From positions 62,001 to 126,000 of the forward strand of contig JALMLS010000340.1 in NCBI GenBank assembly GCA_038496445.1: a DNA stretch of 64,000 bases. The letters run 5' to 3'. Origin of the DNA: Trichosphaerium sp. ATCC 40318. Lineage: Eukaryota; Protista; Tubulinea. The position numbers and the translations under genes were made by a program. Shown here in pieces: positions 24,818-40,600 of the stretch (position 1 is its first letter; every line of letters begins with the position of its first letter). The notes under the pieces were generated by a model. It had not been told where the DNA came from. It worked only from the letters and a program-made list of their open reading frames with translations, and made no database searches.

Positions 24818-27115
24818 TTACAATCCATTGAGTTTAGCGTTGTCCACAGCAATCATTTTTGGAGAGAAGATAGTGACTGTGTCGGGTAATTGTAAAAATC
24901 TAGGAAGTTTCTGACCAAGCCAAGAATCATGTCTAACACGTGTTTGTCGTAAACTCAACGCATGAAGATTTGTCATTGTCTTAAACACTTCAAAAGACTT
25001 CTCTGTAATATTGTTTCCTTTAAGATCAAGATATCTAACATTCAACCCCATCAAGTAATCAGCTACTATTGAATCTACAAAATATTGGTAAACGGCACAA
25101 AAGGAAAACAAAGTACACTCGATAGAGTGGTGCCACTTGCCTGTTAGGTTACTTTGGCTTAATGTCAGTGCCATTAAGTTTGGTAACGTAGTAATACTAG
25201 ATAGAATATGGGGCGTGTCCCTTAGTTTGTATTGTCTAGAGATTGCAACAGTTTGCAACGAAGTGACCCCTTGATTAAGTCAGAAACTGTTTTCAAACAA
25301 GACGTACTTGATAAATGTTCTAGAGAATTTACTTTAGAACATCCAAGAATTAATAGAGACTTGAGTACAGGCAAATTCGCATTAGATAAAAAATGAGTAA
25401 GCAACAACTAATGTAATGTCAGTTAAAGCAAAAGTCAGAGTAAGTACTGATAACTTACAGAGTTACAATAGCTCATGTCTACTGTTTCAAGGTGTAGTGA
25501 TTGTGCTGGGTATAATGTTGGATTCACAAGCTTGCTACATTGTTTGGCTGTAAGTGACCTAATACAGTTATGTCCGCGGATATACAATCCAGCACTGGGT
25601 GTACGTTAAGCAAGTGCTCAATGTCGAAAACATGAGGTCGTCAACATTGGTGCCTGATACGTTGAGAGATGTAAGTTGAGGAAAAGGAGGGATGTATGCC
25701 AATTGTTTGTTCTCTTTCACACTAAGAGTTTTCAAGTTTGTGAATCCTCTCAAAGCGGCACTATGACGGATTGATAACTTGGTGTTACTCAAATCCAACT
25801 CAACCAATTGACTACCAAGCTAAGATAGCTGTCAATGATAAGACTAAGGATGTAGTGTACTCTTTCTGAAACAGCTTGGAGTACATCAACAACAACAAGC
25901 TTACATCCAGCCATATTCAAGTGTGTCAAGTTCTGTAGTGTAGCTGCGTATGTTTTAGATGATTGGCAAGCCGTTCAATCAACTTTACGTACCTAATGCG
26001 TTTGCTTGCCAATTGGCGAGAAGTAGTGCTGAAGGGCAATACCCAAGGTTCAAATGCGTCAATTCTTGGAGCTTTGTTATGTGTTGAAGAAGTGATCGCT
26101 TAGGGTTAACGTCTTGGAGTGAAAGGCGCTTCAGCCGTGTCATTTTGGAGCAAAAATCAGCTATCCAGTCATCAGAACGGAAAAGATTATACTCAGAATT
26201 CAGGTTGAGAGCGCTAAATACACAATAAATATTTTTATGAGCAGAAAATTGTACGTTAAATTAGATAGTCTAACCAACGACTTTACTTCTCTAGTTTTCA
26301 TAGGTGGTGATAAGTGACACAATTCTAATGTTTCAATAGTCATAGATAAACCAGTGAAGAACTCTTCATAAATTATGGATTTTGTAAATCCAAGCTATTT
26401 GTTTTGTTATTTTTAGGTATATAAAGATATCGAATGATCACGTGCGTACTTTCAGAGTTTTGAGTTTCTTTAGGGAGCTGAATAAATATGACGGTTGCTC
26501 TCTGTGTATCTTACTACACTATTTATATGTCAACAATTATGAAGGAGAAGAGATAGCAGCAAAGATGAGAGAACGTACAGTTAAGTCCAAATGTGTCAAA
26601 TTTGATTGCAAGTGAATAAAATTTAAACCCTTCTCTGTAATACCACAAGACTTTAATATCTATGAAATCTTGGTCAAAAGAGACAGTACAGTAGGAGAGC
26701 TTCAGTATGTTTTTGTAGGTACCAAAGTGTCAAGATTTGGAAGTGGCAAGTGGAGAATTGTTCGTAGGTTTCTGATACGTTTAGAACACTAAAGACCATG
26801 TGGTAGTACCTGTCTCGTATTATAGAGTTCCATGGGGTGGTAGAAAAGTCCTGAATATTGTAAGGTCTTTTAGATGCGTTAAAATATGTACCAAACGCGT
26901 AATATATCGATAACAAGCGTTTTGCGCTTGTTTAGAGCAAATACATATCAAAAGCTGTGAAATTGTCGTAAGATGTGCAAAAATCTCCTGTATCATATCT
27001 CGTGGTAAGTGTAAGAACCCAAAAGCTGTGTTTACAGCATCTACTTTAATTTAGCTAACTATGCAGGCTTCTGATGTGTACCATCGAGCCTGCGTTTTAT
27101 TTGAAGGGTTGTCAT
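24818..27115 (-). CDS. F-box/LRR protein (multi-exon)
   Basis: MTTLQIKRRLD|DAVNTAFGFLHLPRDMIQEIFAHL (F-box), followed by many LRRs (LVELDLSNTKL, LTSLNVSGTNV, LDLKGNNIT, LHALSLRQTRV). Confidence 0.8.
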
Positions 27116-27277
27116 GAACGTCAAAAAGGCAGACACTGGCCGACAGTTGATTCGTGATGTAATAAACCTGATAAAGTCTAGCACATCAAGTCAACGCTAT
27201 TCAGCACGTTCTGTTAAAAACACTTTTATTTCCTAACCACTTGTACTTTGCGCTTTGGCATTCGCAAAACTACACGA

Positions 27278-28347
27278 ATGAGCGAGGATTACACTATTTT
27301 AATACAAGTTGTACCACCGTTATTAGTTGACGAACTGAAACCTTTATTTCCTTTGAAAGTATCCAAGGATGCTACGTTTGAGTGGCTTGAAGATGAAATA
27401 CCACCACTCATAAAGAAAAACACCACCCGTGACCTTGATGTAGAGGAGTTTAAGTTATTTACAAAAGGTACGTGCACCCTACGCAGTTGATTGCTTCTAA
27501 CTCTGTTCTGAAGGGCATCCACGAGATTTCGATGACAACGTTCGAAAATGGGTACCACATGGAGGTGTAGTGCACTTTGTCATGCTTTGTGAACCTCAAA
27601 CAGACGATTGGATCTATCAAAGCGTAAAAAATGATCACGTGTTTGAAGGTAAGTCGCTGGGTTTTTTTTTGTTGAGTGAAGAGCTGTGCTAACCCATCAT
27701 TTGTTGAGACGATTGGATTAATAGTAATGCATATGGTGATGCTGATGCTATGAGTAAGCTACTGACAACGAAGAAAGTTACGCCGCACAGCAGAGACAAA
27801 TCAAAGAGAACAATGTTGCATCAGGCGATTGACAATCCCAATGAGGTTGTGTGGGATATGCTATGGAAGGCTGGGTTTGATCTCGACGCAACAGATGACC
27901 AAGGAAATACAGCACTACATAATTGTGCAAAATGGGGGTTGAGAAAACCTGTGAAATGGTTGATTAGACACGGAGCTTCGTGGACCATACGGTACTAAAA
28001 ACCGATGTGGAAAATTTGAAAGTCTAAAGTGGTACTAGGAATAACTCATTTATGACACCTCTTGAACAAGCATGTGCTTCAAAATGGCGAGGCGAACTAG
28101 ACGTTACAGGGGTAAGAATAAATCCCAATCTATAGGATCAGCATCGGCTACATTTAGCACGCTGAATGTTGTTATTGACATTGTAATTTCAAGTCGCTCA
28201 CTAGTTTACTAGGTGATTATAACGGAAATCATAAAGCAGACATATTGGGTGAGAAGAAGGCTCCTGATTTTGTGTAAATGGTCGGGAGATCCTTTTCTAA
28301 ATAGTTTACCTAATGAACTATTTGTTCATATTGCACGATTCATGTGA
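27278..28347 (+). CDS. Ankyrin-repeat protein with N-terminal ubiquitin-like segment and C-terminal F-box-like motif
   Basis: DKSKRTMLHQA; DATDDQGNTALHNCAKWG; NNSFMTPLEQA; last exon WVRRRLLILCKW...FLNSLPNELFVHIARFM*. Confidence 0.78.
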
Positions 28348-28617
28348 AATGATTCCTTTTGTATGAATCTGTATACTACTTGCTATTAACAATTTACTCA
28401 TAAATGTACATTACAGCCACTCATTTTATGGTTTGACTATCTTTTTGAATACACTGCGCAGTTTAGGACATCATTACCACAAAGCTATGAAGTGAGTGCT
28501 ACACTAATTCATCGGGAACTAACCGATCTTGTGGTGATTTTTATGGATTTTTTTTTGGTCCCACTAACTTACGGCATTGTTTTGAACAATTTTAGTTTAT
28601 TTATACAGTATGACAAG

Positions 28618-31600
28618 TTAGCGCATTGAAGCGTCATTAAATATCTTGTCTATCATGGAACTTAAATCACGTGTTTGTTGTTCATCTTTACATATAATAT
28701 TCATGACATTTGCTGTTGTTGTACGTTTAATTACAATCCTGGGATTATGATAATCATCAATCACAACAAACACTTTTGAAATATCTGATATTGATAGCAA
28801 AAAAGTTAGTAAGAAATAACAAAGGGTGGGAGCACTTCAGCCAAGAACGTGATAAGAGCGTACCTTGTAATAAAACAAAATCCCTTACGTTCTTCCCTCG
28901 AATTACAGCTACCATCTTGTCCGCTATAATGAGGACTTCGTCTAAAAAAAACAATAAGAAAACAATCATCTGGCATTCATTCGAACAAAAACTACGTACT
29001 CAAACCAACGTTTTCGTGATGTATATAGCGATAGTTAATAAAGCTTCTATCTTTTACAGTGTGTAGTAGACGTTGTCCGACTGCTTTACCAGCAGAAAAT
29101 CCCTGCTCATAGTTAAATAAAAGACCAGTTGTAGAACAATGCAAGTACCATTAAGTCACCGTAAATACCGAACACTCTTGGATCTCTTTTTCTATCGGGT
29201 ACCTTTGCTGAAACGTGGCTAGCTACTCCAGCAGTTGTTCTACTAGCTAAGTCTAGAACACCAACTGTAGGTCTGACAACAACGCTAAAAATCCATCAGA
29301 AAGACAACCTAAGATAACAAAAAACCAATCAATTTACCCAACGACGCCTCTTCCAACGCCTTTCACAAAACCTCCAACACCTTCTTTCATAGCTCCCTAA
29401 TACATATGTTAGTATAATATCTAGTCGATATGTTGTACCTTGACAGGTTGTGTAACTATACCAGTAACACCATGGAACAAGCCAACACCCTAGTTCAATC
29501 AATAAATAAAAACAAACCAACTTTTTTCTTAAGAAAAACAACATACCAGATCACGCATGCCAAGTCCAAGCCCGAACAGAGCGTTAGATGGTTTTTCGTG
29601 TTGCATTCTATCACGTCTAGATTTTTGATAGTCCTTATCCATCGATAATAAAGCAACACCACTACCAACACTTCCAGTGATTTTAGATACACTATTAGAA
29701 ACGCCTAATCAGATCGTCAGTATCCTCAAAAAAAAAAGACTACAACTGAACGCGTACCAGAAACAGTATTCTTAATGAGACTTGCTGATCCTTTACCAAC
29801 ACCTTTAAAAAACTCCTCAGGACCAAGCTAAATAATTGGTGAGTACAACCAAGAAAAAAAAAACCGAAGTGAAAACAAAATCGTACTGTTATGCCTTTTG
29901 CTGGTTCATAAAAGAAGTCGTGGACACCAGTACCTAGTAAACCATGTTAGTCATTTTCTACAAAGCAAGATACGCACCAAGAGTACTGACAAAATTAACT
30001 GGATTTCCAAGAATATCCATAGAACCAAAAATCTTGTAGATTTGTTTTGTTGCTTGTTTTTTGTAATGTTGCCAAATTCTATCAAAAAAGTCTTGACGTG
30101 TAGAAAAAGCGTTCTCGAACATTAAACCTAACAACCCAATCATCAGTATGTGCACTTTAGATAAAACCAGAAAGAGTAGATTCTTACCATTAAGGAGAAG
30201 TGGCGCTTGATCAATGTTTGGTGTGAGACCTTCAGGCAAAGCAAGGAACGCAGCTGTGCTAGTTGTCCTGTTTTACCAGCCGTTAGAAATTATTTTCTTT
30301 TACTAATGAAGGGAGTAACATACTTGAAGGTTTCATCATCGCTGTCTCCTTTGCGTGCAAGAAAACTTATGTTTACCTTACAAGGGTTAAGATGCCACAT
30401 CTTTGTGTATATCAGCTTCGAAGCATCATCGCTGTCTGTCTCAGCAAGGGTTAAAATGTTGCTATTTAGAATACAATAAGTATAAAGTCCAAGTATAATG
30501 TTCAGTGTTGTACAATTCTTTCTGCCCATCTCCTGAGTCATCTGTATCATTTAGACTATCCATAGATAAATCAATAAAACTTAAGAATTTAATGAGAAGT
30601 TCTTCATCAATGTTGACTTTTACTTCACGTAAGAGCATTGAAAAGTATTCAATATAGTCCATGTTTTTATCTTAGACACAAAGTTAAGGACAAAGAGCCA
30701 CAAAAATGGCGTTTGAAAAAATAAAAAAGGATTAAATTTGCTAGGATACAGTCTTTTGATCTTATGATAGAAAGCTTAAAGAACTTTTTAGGTTCAGGAG
30801 CATTTGAATACATAAGAACCTTGTACGGTGTACTGACAAGCTGGTTATCAATCTATTATTTTAAACAAGGTTTAGTGGTTGGGATGTATCATAATTTAGT
30901 TTTACCTGACAATCTTTGATGTCAATCTCTAATGTTTGTTTGTCATTGTAGCTTCGGAACATCATAATGAATCCAATCAGTGAGAGGTATATAAGCTCTT
31001 CTGGCTGATCATTAATCAATGACAGTCCCATACCCTTGAAGTGCAAGTTGACGCTCCACTTCTCAGTAGACTTTAAACATCAAAGAGTTAGGTCCAAACT
31101 CAAAAAGTACTTCACAGCTTGACGTACGATTGGCTTAAATCCTTCAACTGCCTCAATAGGCTTCATGATTTGAATGATATGTGTGACTTTATCGATAATG
31201 ACACGAATCTGGCTTGTTCTTCTTGTACCACTTTTGTCCTAAGTGTTCCTTGTCAGAACGTGCATGATCACTAGCTAGTAACGTACAATATACTCTACAA
31301 CTTTATCTGTATTCTCAACAACATCAGCGGCTACTTCAACAAGAGAGCTGTCAGGAAATTGCAATCTAACAGATTGTTAAAATAGACTCTTTAAGTTCAA
31401 ACTGTAGTACACAAGGATACGCTCTCCAAGAGGATTCGCCCATGCCCAAGGAATGCTAGCCCATGGAGGTATAGACTCGCCAGTATCAGCGTTCTAACAA
31501 GGATAACGTTATTAAGAAAAAGGGTGAAGCAGGAGTTGTGCCTTTTGCCATGCTTTTAGACTGCAATTGTTCAAATTGTTTATCTTGTAACTTGGTGTAT

Positions 31601-34600
31601 CTTTATCTTGTATAGTGAAACCAACTACAAACATGTTGCGTTTTACTTTAATCTGACACTGTATCAAGAATGGATTTTCTGGATCAGGTTTCAAATTTCT
31701 CATCTAAGCAGGAATTAAGCATTAAAACACTATCTTGTAAAAGTATTGTACCTTCACAGGGAATGTCTGTAGTGCGCTTAGAGGGAATCCGATGGACCAA
31801 TCGCTTGTTTTATTAGATATAATTGAATGTTATAAGCACTGACGCACCATTCGCTTTCACTCAAACGTATTTGAAGGCGTCTTTCTGCGAGTGCACCGTT
31901 TTCCCAGTGATAAGGAATACTCTCACCAGGCATAATGCTGTGCAATTTATGAACTGTGAATTGTCTAAAGTATATAATATGTGATGTCTTGTTGACCAAG
32001 ACAGTCCTTGGTGCAATAGTGATGAGCCTTGTTCTCCAAAACTAATAAAGAGGTTACAATTGTAATAAAGCAATTTGTTGACTTACGCTGTTCTTAAGGG
32101 GTGTGATCGTTACAGATAGCTCGTACAACCGTTGTGGTTCTTTACCATTCTTGCTATCCCATAATTGAATGAAACTTGATTGGTTTTGTGTATTAAGATT
32201 TACACTGTCCGACCAATGCGATTTACCAACTTTAATCTTCATTTCTTTTGATCCACGTGGAGAGTACATCAATGTAGGTGCTGTGAACAAGTCTCTGTAA
32301 TGCCAATCACGGCACTCCCCTCGAATAGGCATTGGTGATTGCTCCATACGCTCTGTACATTAAATGAGAATGGGTACAAATCAGTAAGTGTTCATGCTTA
32401 CCTTGGCCATAAGTAATACCACTAGTGTCAGCAACAAGTATTGGGAGTCCACTTTTATTGTTTATCCAGTAAGGGCAATAAATAGCTATCCTTCGTGTGC
32501 CAAATGTATCAATCCTTAAAGAATTTATTAAAAGGTCAAGAACTGGGTTAAGAGGTTTTACCTATTATCGATTCCAAGTTTGACTGATCTCTTTTCGTCT
32601 ATCGGATTCTTTAACATTATGTTCTGTTGTATGTTTTGTCTGTTCATAATTAATACAGTGCCTGTGCTCCATACTCCATTTTCTAAATATCTAATGTAAA
32701 TAATTGACGTGCTGTAGTAAGAACGAACCTGGGCGAACTTGTAGAACTGGTTCAGAGCTTGGTTTCTTTAAAATTAGCTCATTTTCTCCTTTGTGAAGAA
32801 TACCACGTGCAATATCAATATCTTCGTGGGACTTTAAGCAATATTCTAGAGCCACAGGTAGTAGATTTACAATCTTGATAGGAGCGGAGAATGCAATAAT
32901 TTTTTGGTGTCTACACTGCCTAAAACAAAAAAGGTTAAAAAAAAAGCAAAGACTAAATAAGTTAAAGGTACAAGTATTTGATTGGGTTCAATAAGCCTGT
33001 ATGTAATGCTAACGAAAATATGTAGGTATCTCTTCTGTTAGCTGAAGTACATTGGAGGCGTTGGTAGATTACCCTTGATTCAGTAAATGGCAAACGAGCA
33101 GGGTGACACCTAGATAAATGTTAGTATAAATATTAGAACATTTGCGTTTTAGTACCCTTCACGACTGAACTCCATCATTGTGTGGTCACCACCACGGAAC
33201 TTGAGGGCGTGTTCAGGTCCTGCAAGGAACGTAAAATCGAAAGGCAAGCTATAATCTTCACCAGGTTCTACAGTAGCAAGAAGGTATTCCTTGCCACTAT
33301 GCAAAGTAGCTTGAATTTGCAATGGTATGTGAAGGTTGTTACGAACAAGAGTATCAGATCTAAATTGCACTACCTTGCTCCCTTTCTCATTAACAATCTA
33401 CAAAGAAAGAGGGTGCTTAGCGAGGAGTACAAGACTGAAAAAGTTGTTTTTTTTCACAGAAATACCTGTACTATAATTTTCTTGCCATCTTCTAGTTGTA
33501 CTGCTCTGCGTTTAACGTTGTCTACCGAAATATTATGTATTGATTGCATAGATGACCCAATCTAGACAAGGTATAAATTAACAAGAAAGTCAAAGGTTTT
33601 GATGTTGGAAGACGCACGAGGAAAGAAATTTTGTACTTTTTATTTCTTGCTTCACGACGATTAAACTTTTCTTCAAATAGACTTTTAGACTCTAATATTA
33701 GAGCTTCTCTATGTCCGTGCGGTAAATTATGTTCTTCCTAGGCAGAAAAATGACTAAGGTCCGAAAGAAGACAGTATCAATGTTTCTTTATCAAACAATA
33801 AAAAATAAAAAATTACCTTATCTGTTGTCCAGTAGCGAACAGGTAACCCGCTCACGTTTTCAATGTAGTAAGCATGTTTAGTGTATTTCTTTTCTATGAG
33901 ACTCAAGCTCAGTGATGAAGAAACGGGAGACGCCGCAGAGCTCCTACTACCACTTGATTTTGTATCTTTGAAAAAGTCAGCACTCCAATTCTTTATGGCA
34001 AGACGAAGCGTATCCATAAACGCTTTTGTAATGTTAACATTTAGCCAGTAAGTCGATGTAATGCTCAATGCTTTGTGTTGAAACTAAGGAATAGGTGTGA
34101 GGATAAAAGTAGTCAAGTATTCTCTGTTTGTGAAGTCATACCAAAAAGTCAAGTTTCCAAGGTTCTATCATAGGCTCCCAACACTCCAAGCTTTGATTAT
34201 AGCAATCAGCGTTCAGCACAGATTGGAGTACAACAGTTGGAGTTGTTGACCATGATGATACTTGCACTTGCCACTCGCTTAAGTAACCTCTAAATAAAGG
34301 TATACTGATGCCCTAGTAACAATAAGCCTTTGCTACAATTCGCCATAGAAAACTCACCAACAAATCATCTATGATTGTTATCTCAAGTTGAGAAGGAGAA
34401 ATAATGACCTGTGTATTGATAGTAAGCTATGTGTATGTGTACTTTTGGGAAAGAACCTTTTCACGCTTCCCATCTTCTGGATGTACATCTTTAGTGTGTT
34501 TTTCTGCAACAATCTTCTTTGGGTCTTTAGGAGCTGGTTCAGATCCTGAAAAGATCCTCTTCCACTGAGCTATTATCGATGTCATCAGTTTAACATCCTT

Positions 34601-37600
34601 AAAACAACTGGTTAGAGTTTATAGGTATATCTACAGTAAACATGACATTACCTTGTATGAAATGATAACATGAACAGGAGCAATACTGAGGTTAGCACTG
34701 AATAGCTTTGGATCCATTGTATAATCTCCAGAAATATTGCAAGGCTCTGAAAGGAAGATTAATGCCTCGTATTGTAGAGTTCTGGTACGTACCAAGCAAA
34801 GAAATTGCACTTGCTGACTCTTGAGATAGTTGACACTTAAATATTTCAAGTCCTTGTAATAATGCAGAAGAAGAATAAACGTCGCCCTTGTCACTTGAAT
34901 ACTTGTACACAAATGTACTATTTACAATAAATCCTGATGATTCCGGGTTCTGCAAGTCTTGTAATACACATAACTCTGGCTCTGTTACTGTAACACTAAC
35001 ATCAGTCCTTGACTCTGGCTGCGGAGGTAGATAAATATTCTGTTGCTTCTGAATACTTGCTAGAATCTCCCCACGTCTTGTAACTACTTTTTGAATTTCA
35101 CCAAAAAGTGGTTCACCAAGTTCATGAACTTGTTTCAAAAGTGAAGGTACAGCAATAACTCTAAACTTATCAAGGGTCGTTTGTATTCTTTGTGTTCCAT
35201 CTTTTGTTCTTGTAACACGTAGAATGAATTGACCGGCAGCATTAGTAACAGGGTGAATGAATTTACGAAAGTCAGGGAAGATGGTGGAGTCATCTCTCGT
35301 ATCATGGACTTCCAAAGAACCCAACTCCAAGTCAACCTAAATCTCACGTGTTAATAATTTTCGGAGAATAAAAAGTGATGTTATCGTCATCAGTTCTTGC
35401 CTCCATTGTTGTGTCTGAGTGTACATTTGTTACTGTTGCTAGTTTATTTGCGCGTAGTTTAATGAGTGAGCATCCGATCATGTCATTGTGGCTTTGTAGT
35501 ATCTCAAAAGTAACTAGATTAACATTGACACTAACAGTTTGATACAAGTATTTTTTCTTGTTTGCTTCTGCAAGAGCCTTAAAATAGAAAGTAAGCCACA
35601 TGAATAGAAACAAATAATCAATTAAATACCTTTGCATTTTCTATCTCCGTAGGTGATTGCTTCATTGTTTGTAAGTGATTACGCATACGTGTAACTACAT
35701 TCAGTTAGAAGTGGGTGTAAAAACAAATTTCTGATAATTCTATGTACAATGTTTAGCTGTGATGTCACATAAAATATTCTCGTTCCACATATTTAGCAAG
35801 AATCGAACTTGGTCTGGTGAAACTATAAAATTAACCTCTGGTATATTGACTGTAATCTAAACAAAGTATAAGCCTATGTCACCAACCCAAAGTAAACATT
35901 ACCTTATTCGTGTCATCTATATCTGGTGGTATCAGACACGTTACTTGTACATCTGTGTTAGTCAGTATAGGCAACGTATTGACTTCTTCGCCAATTAAGC
36001 CAGTTCTTTAACATATAATTAATTGAATTGTAGGGGTAGAGGAAAGGTACCTAGAGTTGAGAGAGCGGATCTTGACATTAACTTTTTGAGAGAGTTTCTT
36101 GATGTTCTCGTCTTGTAAAAAGTACGAATTTGTAATTGTGATCTTTCCAAGATCGTTTATACAAACCTCAGATGACGACGTATTCCGTGGTAATATTATG
36201 AGAGGATTGATCATTACAACACTGAAGTTTGTTACTAAGAAAGAAAATTAGTATAACTTGAACGTGAACTTGTTAAAGTAACTATACATACCAACACTTT
36301 GTAGTTCATCACCACCTTTATATAGTAGCTGATATCGCTTAGAAGTACGTGCAAATATCTCCATAAAATCCATAAAGAACCAAACAATCTCTTCAACAAA
36401 GCGTTCTATGAACCACCACTTCATAGAGTGAAACTTAACCTCTGAAAAAAAGTTATTTAAACCGACTGCAAACTCTGAATCTATACCAAAGTTGTACTCA
36501 TCAGTCACAAAATCAAACGTATTGCAGGGACCCAAGTGTAGCTTGAAATCTACCATGTGTTCTCCTTTAATTTCAACCACTTTGCGGTACCGATATTCCT
36601 CAATATCGCGGAGAGAGAAGTCTCCAAGATGACCCTATTTACCATTAATACCTTTTTGGTTGAAGTATGACACTTACGTTAATACCAATATGGTGATCGT
36701 GAATATTCACTTCGAGTAGAGAACCACTTACACCAGCAGTGGCTATTAGTGAGTCTTCCTGTGCTAGCTTGACTTCAACAGCGCGGACATTAACAGTCAC
36801 CTAAATTTCGTAAACTAAAGTGTAACTCTCCATTTCTTGAATACCTTGATAATAACGTGGTCTGGATCTTCTTCTTCTGTCTGATCGGAACTTTCTCTTT
36901 CCTCTTTTTCAGTTGTCATTGGTTCTAAGTTATTGTGAATTCCAGTTCGATTGATTGAGTTCAAAAAAAAAGGAAGAAACGTACTTTGATCGAAAATATT
37001 CAGAAAAAAGTAAAGAAGTTCAGATACAGTTTCACGATTACATGTTGACGATAGATTGTTGAGAGTAACGTCAAGATATGCATCTATGTTAGCATAATTC
37101 GGAGATCCCTTTGAAAAAGTAGTTAGACCAATAGTATAATAAACCTGGTACCTCCGGGACATAACGGAAATGTGATAATATGATTTCAGGCAAAGCGGCG
37201 TTCTCTTCTTTTAAAACACTGGAGTTTACGTCCTGGATATCAGATCTTGCAAGCCATTGGAACTCGGGACCATATGGTTGCATCAAATCAATGACAGAGA
37301 AGCTTTGTAAGAAGACCTGACTGACAAGATCATATTTTCCTTTTGACAGCTTCATACCCAAGTGTTGTAGATGAACCTATGTTTTTAATTGTAAGCTTCA
37401 TAAAGAGATACATCTTTTAATGAATACCATAACAATATCTTTTTTTCTTGTTTCATTCTTCAGGTGCACGACAATCTCTGGTATTGAGAAATGACCTTCG
37501 AAAAGACGACCCTTTACCTACAATTGTTTTAACGTTAGCATCTATTTAGTGTAGAGTTGATGATTACCTGGCCACTTAAATCAACATTTTCTTGTGCGTC

Positions 37601-40600
37601 TTCATAAAAACTCATAATAGAAGCAGCAAACTCTTGTTCTTTTTCTTGCTCGAACAGTGTTATTGCTGGTCTTGATTCCTAAATAGTACATAAGAAAAAA
37701 GGTAACGTGAGGTGTTGCGCTGAACGTACGTGACTGAAAGGCATATCTATTGTATTTATTACCATCCTTATGATAGCCACAACGGACTGTAGCTCCATGG
37801 ATGAACAGTTAAATGCCAAGGAAGGTAAACTACCTTCAAAACTAAATAGCTAATGGTAAGTATACTGACAAAAAAGGATTCAGGAACGCACGTGAACTTC
37901 GCAAGAGATTCGATATTGAGCTTACATTGACGAAGGATAATGTCTAAAGTAAATGGCTCAACGAGCTGCTCTTCTGCTTCTCTAAAAGCACCCTAAACCA
38001 GTACATTAGCATGCGTTTTACAAACATACAACTACCTTGTCAGGAGACGAAAAGTCAATCAGTTTAGCTGTCTTTACAATAGCATGAATATCCTTTACAC
38101 AAATATTGTAGGCGTCATAATATGCTTGAGAAGTAGATGTTGTCATGTCAACATCAATCTCACTCTCTGATAGATTCTCTTGTGCTAGTCTTGTTGCAAA
38201 CTTTAAATGTCCCAAGTCAAGAACAAGCGTTGGTGCATTCTCATTTTGAACGTGTTGCGGGACAAACAAAGTTGGCGCCTGGAAAGAAAATGAATACGGA
38301 CTGGGCTTAACAACAGTTGTGACGACTTACGTGGATATCCAGAGCTACTGCAACCTTATTAGAGCGCGATATGATGTATTGTAGTTGTGTGTGGTTATAA
38401 AGAAATCCTTGTTTACTCTCAAACTCAGAACGTAAAGGTCGAAGAAAGAAAACAACTAAATAATAAAAGAACATAAGTCTAAGCACTCTTCACTACCAGT
38501 CGATCATACGTATCCTATCAATTAGAGGTTTATTGTAAACCATATTGAGTGGTTGCATGTGTAACCCAAGACTCATATCTAGAGGCACATCCAGAGGTTT
38601 TAATTCCTAAAAGAGTTGTGGTTAGCGGTAATGCAAAAAAAAAAGTAGGCGCACGAGTTGTAGTCTAAATAGTGGTATGTCATCTTCTCCACCTGAGCTT
38701 GTTCCAGTTGGTAGCACAATATAAGGAAATATTGCATCTTCAGTGAAACGATCAAGGAGTGAGAGGTTTCCAAGAGAGATTTGAAAGGAGTTCCACTCCT
38801 CACGAAGTGCAACGTTTATTTGAAGCTTCTCAAATGAAAGTGTTGTCAATACAGTATCCCCATTCAATAGATTAATAGATCCCTTCTCTAATAGGAAGCT
38901 CACTTTGTATTTAATCCACTGTAGTAAAACTTAGACAACAGCAACATGAACGAAGGTAATTGACAAAGTTGTTTTTCTTTCAGTTTTTTTTTTTTGCATT
39001 GTACCTCTGGTGGCGGTTTAATGGCGTAGTATTGTTCTGACTCATCGAAGTCTATAGCTGCATATAACTCCTCCCAATCTTCAGTTTTTAATTCTACACC
39101 TTCTGGTATTATGCTATCAAAAGAAGTAGTCGGCTGCTATGAAATGTCAAATAAAGGCACTTTTACAACTTCCGAAAAACTCGCACGGTTTCCTGTTGTG
39201 GCTTGCCATAAAAGGGTTTAAACCACCCTGAACTTTGTGATTGTTCCTCTTGAACTGGTGCTCTACGCAATCTAACTTCAGCTAATGTACGAAAACTAGA
39301 AAAGGTTACAACAAACAAAACTAAGTAAAAAAAAAAAACTAAACATACTAAAGAATGTCTTCAAAATCAAGTATATCTTCAAGCGCCTCCAAGATTTTCT
39401 TCTCTGACTCAGGTAATTTCTTTAACATAAATGAGTGGATCACGTAGATGTATAAACACTAAACTCTTGGCTAGCAGTGTTTTAAAAAACACGTACAGGT
39501 GTTTGTTTCATTTTGGTATAATACTCAATGTACTTCTTCCTATAAGTACTACGTTGTTTCAAGTAACCCCAAGTCCATTTTTCCTGTCTCTCCCTAACAT
39601 CACGGAGAACGCTATTACATGCAAACTGCCACCAAGCTTTAGGGTTTTCTGTAGCGGAAACACTTGGCCGATCTTTTCTGTGCTAAGTTTTTTTTAAGTC
39701 AAAAGTAAAAGCAACTTTGTTGCATTTTCTAGTACCTTAGAGCCAACTTTATAAAGCTCGAACCTTTTCATAAGGTGAACTAGATCTGCATACTGATCTT
39801 CTTCAACATTAAATATAATATTAGGTACATTAAACATAAGTTGTCCTTGAGGTGTGGTTTTATTGGTGCCAATATCTTTGTTCCAAACGAGCTAATCTTT
39901 GGTGAACAAAGTGCCGACTTTACTTTATAGTGAACTTTACCTTTAGCTCACCGGATACAGGTGCAAGTATATACCTCAGAGTCTGATATGTGCCAATCAT
40001 GGCATGCATTTTAGCTTGAAACTCTTCATCTGAGCTCCAAGTTAAAAACGCATCGCGAGGATTCCAATATAGAGCACAAGCCCTCAAAGATACAAGCTAG
40101 GTAAATCAAAATGAGTTTAAAAAAAATTGTCCAAAAGCACGTGTGTGCAACGTGGTCAAATAATAAAAAGGAGAAAACATAAATCGAATACCTTATAAAT
40201 CAATTTATCTTTCAATGCTGTCAAACAAGCGTTCCAGTTGCTATCAGTGCTATGTCCTTGGAACCTTTGTAATGTCACACCACAACAAAACGGTCTCTAA
40301 ACCAGAACAATCAATTGCTGCAATACAACAAGCATAGAGACTACAAGACAGGTACCTCAGCATTGGTAATATTATCCTCGTAACGAACGTGTACGTCGTT
40401 AACATATATTTGAAGATTTTGAATAATCTTACTCTGGAGCTTCTGCGCGAACGTCTGATTGCCTTTAGAACCTTTCTCTGATGAAAAAAAAAAAACGTTA
40501 ACAAAAATCAAAGGAACTCGATTATTGAAATAAAAACAGCTCTGAGTTGTGAGTAATGCGACGCCATGCTCGAGAGTGTACTTACTTCCTTTTTGTTTGG

